From positions 72,307-136,306 of the forward strand of contig PLNR01000009.1 in assembly GCA_003141835.1 (NCBI GenBank): 64,000 nucleotides of DNA, written 5' to 3'. Under the pieces are notes generated by a model. That model searched no databases. It was not told where the DNA came from and saw nothing but the letters and a program-made list of their open reading frames with translations. Positions 37,058 through 46,114 of the stretch are shown here, in pieces (position 1 is the first letter of the stretch; every line of letters starts with the position of its first letter). The DNA is from Candidatus Omnitrophota bacterium. Its GTDB lineage: Bacteria; Omnitrophota; Gorgyraeia; Pluralincolimonadales; Pluralincolimonadaceae. The translations under genes and the position numbers were made by a program.

Positions 37058-37086
37058 TTGATATTAACAGGGCGTTATAGTAAACT
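37058..37086 (+). promoter_or_regulatory. Putative divergent promoter for minor pilin operon
   Basis: TTGATA-17 bp-TAAACT, then GGAGG RBS. Confidence 0.55.
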
Positions 37087-37106
37087 TTTAATTGGAGGGA
37101 TGCGAG

Positions 37107-37586
37107 ATGCGGTACAATCCGCTTAAACGCGGTTTTACTCTGATGGAAGTGATGTTCGCGGCCGGGATAATGCTCATCGCCATAGGCGGACTTTTGGGGG
37201 GATACGTTCTCTGTTTTAACCTGAGCGAGACGGCAAAGAACTTGACCTTAGCCGATAACGCTATCCAGCAGAAACTTGAAGAGATACACTACCAGATGCT
37301 CGAAACAACCACTTATTATGATAATACTACATTCGATATTCCGGGTTTCGCGCCTGGGAATGCCAAAGGCGCGATCTACGTAGACGCCATTCCCAATAGC
37401 ACGGACCTCAAAAGAGTGACTATCTCCGTCTCCTGGCGGCAAAAAAGCGGAAGGATAATCGGGTCGGATAACGGCAGCGGCGGCGGGATGGCGCTTAACG
37501 GGATACGCGACGGTACGGAGCAGGTGGACGCGAACGGTTGCCTGACATCTCCGGCGATGATCTCAGAGGTGGTGACGGACAGATGA
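37107..37586 (+). CDS. Minor pilin, PilV-like
   Basis: KRG/FTLMEVM; RVTISVSW. Confidence 0.8.
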   Translation: MRYNPLKRGFTLMEVMFAAGIMLIAIGGLLGGYVLCFNLSETAKNLTLADNAIQQKLEEIHYQMLETTTYYDNTTFDIPGFAPGNAKGAIYVDAIPNSTDLKRVTISVSWRQKSGRIIGSDNGSGGGMALNGIRDGTEQVDANGCLTSPAMISEVVTDR

Positions 37587-38182
37587 ACGCAAGATCTCGC
37601 AAAGGATTAAGCCTGGTTGAATTGATGGTAACCATAGGCATAATGGTTATAGTCGGGGGGATCCTGGCGCGTTTCCTTGTTATAGGAGGCGCGGCATGGC
37701 ATTCCGGGGACGCCGCTATACAGGCAGCCCAGGAAGCAAGAAAAGGCATAATGTACATGACAAGGGAATTACGGCAGGCCAATTTAGCCTCCCTGGCTAA
37801 TACGGCAGGCGCGAAATACGCGCAACATCCAAATACCGACTATAACTCCGTCGTCTTCCGGGTCGTGACCGTCTTTGCCGGTAACAATAATTACGGCGCC
37901 TACGGTTCCGTGATGACTAATGCCGGCGTGCCGAACTTGTCCGCTCCTATCTCTTATTACATAAATAACAACCAGCTGATAAGGCTCAAGGACAATGTCA
38001 CCAAAGTGCTTGCGAACAATGTGACCGGACTGGCGTTCCGCCTGCAAAAAGATTCTTATACGCTGAATGGCCAGGAATGCGCGGTCACGACTCTCTTGAT
38101 AACGCTGCAGACATCGAAGACCACTGCAGAGAGAAGGCAAATCCCGATGACTTTAACCAGCGCCGTCTTATTGAGGAACTAA
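37583..38182 (+). CDS. Minor pilin, PilW-like
   Basis: RKG/LSLVELM; MTRELRQA; KVLANNV; ends LRN; ATGA overlap with previous gene. Confidence 0.8.
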   Translation: MNARSRKGLSLVELMVTIGIMVIVGGILARFLVIGGAAWHSGDAAIQAAQEARKGIMYMTRELRQANLASLANTAGAKYAQHPNTDYNSVVFRVVTVFAGNNNYGAYGSVMTNAGVPNLSAPISYYINNNQLIRLKDNVTKVLANNVTGLAFRLQKDSYTLNGQECAVTTLLITLQTSKTTAERRQIPMTLTSAVLLRN

Positions 38183-38185
38183 AAA

Positions 38186-39508
38186 ATGGGACACAAAAAA
38201 GGGTTTATGCTGATCGTGGCTTACTCGGTAGTCGCTGTCATCCTTATCCTTGTCGCCGCTTATGTCTCCCGCAGCGTAGCCGAGGTGAGGATAGCACAAA
38301 GGGAAAAAAATTCCTTAGCGGCGCTTAAAGCGGCGGAATCAGGGATAGACTACGGCTTTGCGTGGCTGAGCCTCCAGCCTGCCCCGCCTGCAGGCGTGAC
38401 CCCTATAGTAAACCCCACGATAACCGGGGTACCGAAACCTGCCCTGACAACCGGGGCATACTCGGTAACGATCATCCCGAACGCCAGCAATCCGACAAAC
38501 TGGCCGAAAAAATACGAAATAGTGGCTGTCGGGACGTCCGGGGACTCGACCCGCACCGTATATTACGAGGTCCAGCGCGATACCTTTGCCAAGAATATCT
38601 GGTTCACGAATACCGAGAGTTACGGCGGGACGAACGTGTGGTTCGTAACGGCTGACTCGCTGGACGGCCCGGTACATACTAACGACAGCTTCAACATCTC
38701 CGGGAACCCGTCTTTCCCCGACCTGATAGATCCGCATCCGACCGAACAGTGCGGTCCGGACATAAATTACATGCACCCGGGCGTGGATAATCCGTATTTT
38801 GCCCAGCCGGTTGATTTCAACGTCGATCCTATAGTGATGCCCGGTCATGAACGTACGGAACCCCTTCGCACCGCAGCCGCGTCCGGCGGCCGCGTCTTTG
38901 CGGGAAGCACTACGATAATTTTGAACGCCGACGGCACGATGAACGTGACGAACGCGACCGGTGGTTACAATAATACCAATATGCCCATACCGGCGAACGG
39001 GGCCATATACGTCCAGAACAGGGTACAGGGGAACCACATCGCCGAATACGGCGATGTCAACGTACGAGGGACGTTGAACGGCCGCCTCACTATAGGGGCA
39101 AACGATGACGTGACTATCACGGGAAATGTCCTGTACAACAACAATCCCCAGACGAACCCAAACTCGACCGACACGCTGGGGCTCGTAGCCGAGGGGGATG
39201 TCATCATCTCGCAAAACGCGTGCCCGAACGGCGCCAATTCAAACCTTACGATCCAGGCGGCCGTAATGGCCATGGCGGATTCGTTCTACCTGGATAATTG
39301 GACCTCAACGATGAAAGGCATCTTGAACGTATACGGCGGGATAACCCAGAACCAGCGGGGGCCTGTCGGGACTTTCAATACGAATAATAACAGCAAGGCA
39401 AGCGGTTTTTCAAAAAATTATCTCTACGACAGGAGGCTGCGCGACGCGCCGCCCCCTTATTATCCGGATACTAATAGATATGAAGGGGCAGCCTGGAGGG
39501 ATCAATGA
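38186..39508 (+). CDS. Large minor pilin, PilX-like
   Basis: KKG/FML without Glu5; AAESGI; GPVHTN; Asn/Thr-rich beta region; YDRRL...PPPYYP. Confidence 0.78.
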   Translation: MGHKKGFMLIVAYSVVAVILILVAAYVSRSVAEVRIAQREKNSLAALKAAESGIDYGFAWLSLQPAPPAGVTPIVNPTITGVPKPALTTGAYSVTIIPNASNPTNWPKKYEIVAVGTSGDSTRTVYYEVQRDTFAKNIWFTNTESYGGTNVWFVTADSLDGPVHTNDSFNISGNPSFPDLIDPHPTEQCGPDINYMHPGVDNPYFAQPVDFNVDPIVMPGHERTEPLRTAAASGGRVFAGSTTIILNADGTMNVTNATGGYNNTNMPIPANGAIYVQNRVQGNHIAEYGDVNVRGTLNGRLTIGANDDVTITGNVLYNNNPQTNPNSTDTLGLVAEGDVIISQNACPNGANSNLTIQAAVMAMADSFYLDNWTSTMKGILNVYGGITQNQRGPVGTFNTNNNSKASGFSKNYLYDRRLRDAPPPYYPDTNRYEGAAWRDQ

Positions 39509-39930
39509 AGATATCAAAAACTCAAATAGCCATAATAATATGTTTATGCATCCTCGCGGTAATAATCATCCTCTCGCTCGGCAGGCCACAATCAAAACCT
39601 GCCGCGACGGCGGGACCTGAAGCCAGGCCGGAAGAACAAGCGCTCCCGCAGGCCGGGAAATATGAATTGCCGCCGCAGGAGAATGCCGGATATCCGGCTT
39701 CGCAACCCGTGAACACTCAGTCCGCGAAACCGGCATCGACGCCTTCGGCGTCGACAACACCCGGGACTTTATCTGAAAATACGCAAAGTCCCAATAACAG
39801 CTCGAACGGCGGGATATTGAATCCGGAGCAAGTTTACGAACCGTCGCCTGACCTGCCGCAAAAACCGCCTAAGCTGCCGCCTCCGGAAAAAATGCAGGAG
39901 ATGCAAAGAAGGGGCATAGTGGCGTTCTGA
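39505..39930 (+). CDS. Hypothetical membrane-anchored Pro-rich protein
   Basis: N-terminal TM, low-complexity linker; ATGA overlap with previous gene. Confidence 0.6.
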   Translation: MKISKTQIAIIICLCILAVIIILSLGRPQSKPAATAGPEARPEEQALPQAGKYELPPQENAGYPASQPVNTQSAKPASTPSASTTPGTLSENTQSPNNSSNGGILNPEQVYEPSPDLPQKPPKLPPPEKMQEMQRRGIVAF

Positions 39931-39946
39931 AAACGGGCGAGGGTCC

Positions 39947-40381
39947 CTATTCTACCGGGACGCCTGACGCGTCGTCTATCCTTATCACCCCGGACTCATC
40001 CACAAAGAAGATCCTGATGCCGGTGATGTTGGGAGTTATCGGGGTCGCCGTGCAGGTGTACTGGTTCGGGCCCACAAAAGTGTAATTGAAATTATATCCC
40101 TGCTTCGCTCCCCCACCCAGGGTAGGATCTATATATGGCGGGTTTTCAGTGCTTAATGTCACAAGGTCCGGAGGGTATGTGGGCGGGTTCTGCATGCTGC
40201 GGTAACTCTCGCAGCCGGTGCTTATCGTCCTCATCGAGCCTATCGCCGACGATTCATTCGCGATGACCCTCGCCCGCAGGAAACCGGGTATCGCGATGAC
40301 CGCGAGCGTGACAAGTATGGCCACGACGATCATTATCTCGACAAGCGTAAAACCTTTCCTGCGGTCCTGGCCCTTACACAT
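39947..40381 (-). CDS. Type IV pilin paralogue
   Basis: RKG/FTLVEIMIVV; ANESSA; FFVDESGVIR; start set at MCKGQD. Confidence 0.88.
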   Translation of the reverse strand: MCKGQDRRKGFTLVEIMIVVAILVTLAVIAIPGFLRARVIANESSAIGSMRTISTGCESYRSMQNPPTYPPDLVTLSTENPPYIDPTLGGGAKQGYNFNYTFVGPNQYTCTATPITPNITGIRIFFVDESGVIRIDDASGVPVE

Positions 40382-40388
40382 GCTATTT

Positions 40389-40417
40389 AATCTATAACCA
40401 AAACATAAAAATGTCAA
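40389..40417 (-). promoter_or_regulatory. Putative promoter giving leaderless pilin mRNA
   Basis: TTGACA-17 bp-TAGATT; 7 nt to ATG; no SD. Confidence 0.6.
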
Positions 40418-40446
40418 CCCTTCGTTTCGCGCAGGGCAGGCATAAC

Positions 40447-40477
40447 AAAAAGGCGAGGACTTTACTCCTCGCCTTTT
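40447..40477 (-). terminator. Rho-independent terminator after major pilin
   Basis: aaaaggcgagga-ctttac-tcctcgcctttt, with T-tracts available on both strands. Confidence 0.8.
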
Positions 40478-40499
40478 CGCATACTTTACGCCCTGAGCG

Positions 40500-40931
40500 T
40501 TATTCTATCGGGTTGCCCGCGGCGTTCGTCAATCTTATTACGCCCGACTCGTCAACGAAGAACACCCTCGTACCGGTTACGTTAGCCGTAACAGGCGTAG
40601 CCGTGCAGGTATACTGGTTCGCGTTTACCAAAGCGTAAACGAAACCGTAACCCTGCTTTGTACCACCGGCCAACGTCGTATCGATGTACGGAGGAGTAGC
40701 GGCGCCTAAAGCTGCCAAGGTGGCCGGATATGTAACCGGGCTCTGGGCTGCTCTGAAGCTTTCACATGCCGTGCTTATCGTACGGAGTGAACTTATCGCT
40801 GCTGCTTCGTTAGCATTGAGTCTAGCGCGTAGTAAGTTGGGTATCGCTATGGCGGCTAAAAGAGCTATAATGGCAACTACGATCATGATCTCAACGAGCG
40901 TAAAACCCTTTCTTCCTACTAGCATTCTCAT
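40500..40931 (-). CDS. pilA: Probable major type IV pilin
   Basis: RKG/FTLVEIMIVVAII; strong AAGGAGG RBS; own promoter and terminator; codon bias typical of high expression. Confidence 0.88.
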   Translation of the reverse strand: MRMLVGRKGFTLVEIMIVVAIIALLAAIAIPNLLRARLNANEAAAISSLRTISTACESFRAAQSPVTYPATLAALGAATPPYIDTTLAGGTKQGYGFVYALVNANQYTCTATPVTANVTGTRVFFVDESGVIRLTNAAGNPIE

Positions 40932-40982
40932 TTTCTTTCCCCTCCTTTCTTCCTAGATTGGGACTTCCTTACTTTCAACTAA

Positions 40983-41010
40983 AGTATAACATAAAAGTTA
41001 TCTCTGTCAA
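40983..41010 (-). promoter_or_regulatory. Putative major pilin promoter
   Basis: TTGACA-16 bp-TATACT with TGn extension. Confidence 0.65.
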
Positions 41011-41015
41011 GCGTT

Positions 41016-42227
41016 CTATTTGCCGACGACCTGGATCAGCTTCACTATCGGCAGGAACATCGATACGACGATGCCGCCTACCACGATCCCGAGGAAAGCG
41101 ATTATAAGCGGCTCTATCAGGCTCGTCAACCCGGATACGGCCGCGTCGACTTCGCTCTCGTAAAAATCGGCGACCTTCCCGAGCATCTCCTCGAGCTTGC
41201 CTGTCTGCTCCCCCACCGAGATCATCCTCGTTACCATCGGCGGGAAGACCTTGCTTGCTGTCAGCGGCTGCGCTATCGACTCGCCTTCCTTGATGCTCAT
41301 CTTGGTCTTCAGGACCGCCGCCTCTATTACCCTGTTGCCCGAGGTCTTTCCCACTATTTCAAGCGCCGTCAATATCGAAACGCCGCTCTTCTGTAACGTC
41401 GAAAGCGTGCGCGCGAACCTCGCGATGGCCACCTTCCTTAATAACGGCCCGATAACGGGTATCTTCAACAAGAAAGTGTCGAAGGCAAGCCTTCCCTTAT
41501 CCGTCTTTATGACCTGCGAAAGCGATATGGAACCTATCACCAATCCTATAATAACGAAAAGCAGGTAGCCCCTCACGATATGGGAGATCTTTATCAGTAT
41601 AAGCGTAGGCAGAGGCAGTGTTACGCCGATGGTGGCGAATATGCTCTCGAACGTCGGGACTACTTTGACTATCAGGAAAGTCGTGATAAGGATCGCCATC
41701 GTAACAACGACCGCCGGATATATGAGGCTCGATTTTACTTTCCTTATCAGGGCGATCGTCTTTTCCATGTAGATGGCGACCCTGTCGAGGATCTCATCAA
41801 GGTTGCCGCTCGACTCGCCTGCCCTGACCATGTTTATGAAGAAAGGAGAAAATACATTCGGCTGTTTGCCCAGCGCCTCGGAGAGGCTCAGCCCTCCCTC
41901 GACATTATCGCGGACCCTCTTTACGACGTTCTTGAAACCCTTGCTCTCCATCTGATCCTGGAGCGCGTCAAGGGCGCCGACGAGCGGTATGCCGGCGTCG
42001 ACCATCGTGGCGAGCTGCCTGGAGAAGACGACCAGGTCATCCATTTTTACCTTCCCGCCGCCTCCGAAGGACAGCCCCTTGGCCGTTTCCTTCGCCTCGC
42101 TCAGCGAAATTATCACGTATTCCTTCTGCCTGAGCATGTCTACCAGGGCGATGCTGCTGGGCGCTTCCATGGTGCCGGATATCGTCCTGCCGTCCTTATC
42201 CTTCGCGGTATATTTGAATTGGGGCAC
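41016..42227 (-). CDS. pilC: Type IV pilus platform protein PilC
   Basis: FSRQLATMVDAG, AGESSG, YPAVV, GEQTGKL, LIEPL, MFLP. Confidence 0.94.
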   Translation of the reverse strand: MPQFKYTAKDKDGRTISGTMEAPSSIALVDMLRQKEYVIISLSEAKETAKGLSFGGGGKVKMDDLVVFSRQLATMVDAGIPLVGALDALQDQMESKGFKNVVKRVRDNVEGGLSLSEALGKQPNVFSPFFINMVRAGESSGNLDEILDRVAIYMEKTIALIRKVKSSLIYPAVVVTMAILITTFLIVKVVPTFESIFATIGVTLPLPTLILIKISHIVRGYLLFVIIGLVIGSISLSQVIKTDKGRLAFDTFLLKIPVIGPLLRKVAIARFARTLSTLQKSGVSILTALEIVGKTSGNRVIEAAVLKTKMSIKEGESIAQPLTASKVFPPMVTRMISVGEQTGKLEEMLGKVADFYESEVDAAVSGLTSLIEPLIIAFLGIVVGGIVVSMFLPIVKLIQVVGK

Positions 42228-42228
42228 T

Positions 42229-43938
42229 TTATTCCTCCGACGTTACCCTTAAGACTTCCTCTATGGTGGTATGGCCCAAAGCCAGGTTCTCGAGCGCGGC
42301 CGCGCGCAGGGTGAGCATCCCCTTCTCTTTCACGCAATATTCTTTTATCTTATCGCTCTGCACCCTGTCAAGTATCATCTCTTTTATCTTGTCGTCTACG
42401 GTGAGGTTCTCGAGGATGGCGAACCTGCCGTAATACCCCGTATTATTGCATTTGGCGCACCCTTTTCCCTTAAAGAAGGCCGCTTTCTCCTTTTCCTTAT
42501 ATCCTATTTTGTCCAGTATCTCCTTTGGGATGACGATCTTCTCTTTGCAATTCGCGCATACCCTCTTCATCAACCTCTGCGCGCATATAAATACCACGCT
42601 GGACGCTACCAAAAACGGCTCGACGCCCATGTCTATAAGCCTTGTTATGGCGCTCGGCGCGTCGTTCGTGTGCAGGGTCGAAAGGAGTAATTGTCCGGTG
42701 AGCGACGCCTTGATAGCTATATCCGCGGTCTCGAAATCGCGGATCTCGCCGACCATGACGATATCCGGCGCCTGGCGCAGGAAAGCGCGCAGGCCGCCCG
42801 CAAAGGTAAGGCCTATCTCCGGCTTGACCTGAACCTGGGTTATCCCCATGAGCTCGTATTCGATCGGGTCCTCTATCGTGACGATATTCTTTTCCGGCGT
42901 ATTCAATATATTAAGGATGGAATAAAGGGTCGTGGACTTGCCGCTCCCGGTCGGCCCGGTCACAAGGAACATCCCGTAAGGCCTGGAGATCGCCTCCCTT
43001 AATTCCTCCAGGGTCTTGGGGAGGAAGCCGAGTTTTTCCGGGGAAACTTTAATGCTCGATTTATCGAGGACCCTCAGGACGACCTTCTCGCCGTGGACCA
43101 GAGGCAGGGTTGAAACGCGGAAATCTATCTCCCTCTCCTCCATCCTCACCTTGAACCTGCCGTCCTGCGGGAGGCGCCATTCGGTGATATCCATGTCCGA
43201 CATTATCTTGATCCTGGTAAGCACCGCGTTCTGGTTCGATTTCGGCAGGTGCGAGAATTCCGTAAGCGCGCCGTCGATACGGTAGCGTATGCGCAAGTCT
43301 GTCTCCATGGGTTCCACATGGATGTCGGAGGCGCGGCGTTTGAGCGCCTCGCTTATTATGACGTCGACCATCTTGAGTATCGGCGCCTTCTGGCTCTCTA
43401 TGGCCAGCGTGGAAACATCGAACCGTTCCGCATCCCCGGTCTGGAGGAGTTCCAGTTCGTCGTCCTTGACGTCTTTTACTATCTTATCTATGGAAAGCGT
43501 CTCTTCCCCGTAATAGGCCGCGATCGAGGCGATGATATCCTTATCCGTAGCTATGACCGGGTCTATCTCGTATTTAGTCAGGATCTTCAGGTCATCGAGG
43601 GCGAATATGTCGAGCGGATCGGACATGGCCACGGTCATGCGGTTGCCGATCTTCGAAACCGGGATAAGATGGTAAAGGCGCGCGATCTTCACTGGGACAA
43701 GGGAGATGATCTCCTTGTCTATCTTGTATTTCGCCAGGTTTATCGGAGTTATGTTGAGTTCCTGGCTGAATATCGATAAAAGCTCGTTCTCATTGACGAG
43801 CCCCTTCTGCACAAGGATCTTGCTCAGGCTGCCGCCCTTCTCTTTCTGGGTCTTTATGGCCTCGTCCAGTTTCTCCCTGGATATGGAGCCTTTATTCACC
43901 AGGACTTCGGCTAATTTATCTCTTATGCTCTGTGCCAT
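42229..43938 (-). CDS. pilB: PilB-family ATPase
   Basis: ASDIHVEP, GPTGSGKST, LRQAPDIVMVGEIRD, GQLLLSTLHTN, tetracysteine motif. Confidence 0.9.
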   Translation of the reverse strand: MAQSIRDKLAEVLVNKGSISREKLDEAIKTQKEKGGSLSKILVQKGLVNENELLSIFSQELNITPINLAKYKIDKEIISLVPVKIARLYHLIPVSKIGNRMTVAMSDPLDIFALDDLKILTKYEIDPVIATDKDIIASIAAYYGEETLSIDKIVKDVKDDELELLQTGDAERFDVSTLAIESQKAPILKMVDVIISEALKRRASDIHVEPMETDLRIRYRIDGALTEFSHLPKSNQNAVLTRIKIMSDMDITEWRLPQDGRFKVRMEEREIDFRVSTLPLVHGEKVVLRVLDKSSIKVSPEKLGFLPKTLEELREAISRPYGMFLVTGPTGSGKSTTLYSILNILNTPEKNIVTIEDPIEYELMGITQVQVKPEIGLTFAGGLRAFLRQAPDIVMVGEIRDFETADIAIKASLTGQLLLSTLHTNDAPSAITRLIDMGVEPFLVASSVVFICAQRLMKRVCANCKEKIVIPKEILDKIGYKEKEKAAFFKGKGCAKCNNTGYYGRFAILENLTVDDKIKEMILDRVQSDKIKEYCVKEKGMLTLRAAALENLALGHTTIEEVLRVTSEE

Positions 43939-43941
43939 AAT

Positions 43942-45645
43942 TTAATCCTGCTCCCCGAGGGTCACGCGCACCACCTCTTCAAGGGTCGTGGTCCCGTCAA
44001 AAACCTTCCTCAAGCCGCTCTCCCTTAAAGTCACGAGTCCGGCCCTGCGCGCCGCTTCGTAGACGACGGACTCGTGCGCCCTCTTGGCTATAAGCTCCCT
44101 CAGCTCCGGGTTTATAGCTACCGCCTCTATAAGGCCTATCCTTCCCCTGAAGCCGGTCTTGAAACAATGGTCGCAGCCTTTGCCCTTGTAGAACTTCACG
44201 TTCTCAGGCGCCTTTATCTTAAGTTTTTCGAGCAATGACTTGTGTATTTCCTGGACCTCTTTGCAGCGCGGGCAGATCTTCCTGACAAGCCGCTGGGCAG
44301 CTACAAGGACCACCGAAGAACTGATAAGGAACGGCTCGACTCCCATATTCATCAGCCTCATTATGACGCCGGTCGCCGTGTTGGTATGCAGCGTGCTGAG
44401 CACGAGGTGCCCGGTCAGCGCGGCTTTTATCGCGATGTCGACGGTCTCCAGGTCCCTTATCTCGCCGACCATTATGACGTTAGGATCCTGCCGCAGTATG
44501 GAGCGCAGCGTCGCCGCGTACGTCAACCCGATATTTGTATTTATATTGACCTGGTTTATCCCCGGCAGCAGGTATTCGACGGGATCTTCTACGGTGACGA
44601 AATTCTTTTCCGGCGCGTCTATATGCTTGATGACCGAATACAGGGTCGTCGTCTTCCCTGAACCTGCAGGGCCGCAGACGAGTATCATACCGTGGGGCCT
44701 CCTCGAGGCCTTCTTTAATTCATCGAGGGGTTCCTTCTCGAACCCCAGCCTGTCGACATCGAGCATGGCCTGGGACCTGTCGAGGATCCTGAGCGCTACC
44801 TTTTCGCCGAACGCGGTCGGGACGGTCGAGACCCTGAAGTCGACCTCCCTCTCCTGCACCTTTATCTTGAACCTTCCGTCCTGGGGCAGGCGCCGCTCGG
44901 CGATATTGAGGTTCGACATGACCTTGATCCTGGATATTATGCCCGACTGTATCGTCCTCGGCAGCGATTGCGCCTCCCTGAATATCCCGTCGATCTTATA
45001 CCTGATGCGCAGGTGGTCTTCCATCGGTTCTATGAGGATATCGCTCGCCCTCGCTTTCGTCGCTTCCAGGACTATAGCGCTAGTGAGTTTTACAACCGGC
45101 GTATCGGCTACCGCGCCCAGCACCTCGATCGACTCATCTTCCGGTCTCCTGGAAGAGATGAGCTCTATGTTAGTCTCTTTTACCAGCGCTTCGATGGTCG
45201 AGGTCGCCGCGGTCCCGTAATGCTGGTCTATCGCGGCCTTGACGTCGTCCTGCGTGGTTATGATAGGCGTGATGTCCATGCCGGTGACGTTCTTTATGTC
45301 GTCAAGGGCGAAGACATTAAGCGGGTCTGCCATCGCGACGGTGAGGATGTTGCCCATCTTCGATATAGGCATGATCTGGTAATTGACGGCTATCTTTTTC
45401 GGGATGAACTTGGTTATTTCCGGGTCTATCTTGAACTTGGAAAGGGATATCGGCGGGATGCCGAGTTCCTGGCTTACGATCGCAAGTAATTCCCTCTGCG
45501 TTATCGCGCCCAGGGAGACAAGGATATCTCCCAGCGAACCGCCCTTCTCTTTCTGGGCTTGAAGGGCCTGGTTCAATTTCTCTTCGGTGATCGCCCCTTT
45601 TTTTAACAGTATCTCGCTTAGCCGTTCCTTGATCCCAGATGGCAT
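43942..45645 (-). CDS. pilB: PilB-family ATPase
   Basis: RLPQDGR, GPAGSGKTT, LRQDPNVIMVGEIRD, GHLVLSTLHTN, tetracysteine motif. Confidence 0.9.
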   Translation of the reverse strand: MPSGIKERLSEILLKKGAITEEKLNQALQAQKEKGGSLGDILVSLGAITQRELLAIVSQELGIPPISLSKFKIDPEITKFIPKKIAVNYQIMPISKMGNILTVAMADPLNVFALDDIKNVTGMDITPIITTQDDVKAAIDQHYGTAATSTIEALVKETNIELISSRRPEDESIEVLGAVADTPVVKLTSAIVLEATKARASDILIEPMEDHLRIRYKIDGIFREAQSLPRTIQSGIISRIKVMSNLNIAERRLPQDGRFKIKVQEREVDFRVSTVPTAFGEKVALRILDRSQAMLDVDRLGFEKEPLDELKKASRRPHGMILVCGPAGSGKTTTLYSVIKHIDAPEKNFVTVEDPVEYLLPGINQVNINTNIGLTYAATLRSILRQDPNVIMVGEIRDLETVDIAIKAALTGHLVLSTLHTNTATGVIMRLMNMGVEPFLISSSVVLVAAQRLVRKICPRCKEVQEIHKSLLEKLKIKAPENVKFYKGKGCDHCFKTGFRGRIGLIEAVAINPELRELIAKRAHESVVYEAARRAGLVTLRESGLRKVFDGTTTLEEVVRVTLGEQD

Positions 45646-45661
45646 CGGCTGTCAGGGTCTC

Positions 45662-46108
45662 CTATTTTTTGTAGAACTTATCGATCGCCTGCTTTATGTC
45701 TGTCGCGGTAGAAACGAATATCTGTATCGAACAGCCTGTCACCATCTCTATGTCCTCGACCGCCTGGATGTTCAGCGGGTCGGCCATCGCGATGGTCACG
45801 GTATTGCCGATCTTATCTATCGGTATGAGGCAATACTGGCGCGCGACGTTCTCCGGCACCATCTTTATCGCCGACTCGTCCATCTCGTAATTGGCAAGCG
45901 GCAGGTACGGGAAACCGTACTGGACCGTGATGGCTTGGGCAATTTGCTCCTCAGTTACATATCCGAGCCCAGCCAGGATCTGGCCCAAAAGCCCGCCCTT
46001 CTCCTTCTGGATCTTCAGGGCCTCGTCGAGATGCGCCTGTTTTATCACGCCTTTTTCCAGGAGGAGCTGTCCGATCGTTTTAGTTATTACGCGCTTTACC
46101 GACGCCAT
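45662..46108 (-). CDS. Stand-alone MshEN/PilB N-terminal domain protein
   Basis: IGQLLLEKGVI...LDEALKIQ...LLGQIL, then IAMADPL; no ATPase domain. Confidence 0.85.
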   Translation of the reverse strand: MASVKRVITKTIGQLLLEKGVIKQAHLDEALKIQKEKGGLLGQILAGLGYVTEEQIAQAITVQYGFPYLPLANYEMDESAIKMVPENVARQYCLIPIDKIGNTVTIAMADPLNIQAVEDIEMVTGCSIQIFVSTATDIKQAIDKFYKK

Positions 46109-46114
46109 ATGGCC

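Noticed and set aside
36953-39946. Invertible (phase-variable) minor pilin segment
   Set aside because: No inverted repeats at both ends and no recombinase; the gtcaag/cttgac symmetry at 36985-37026 is consistent with divergent -35-like boxes.
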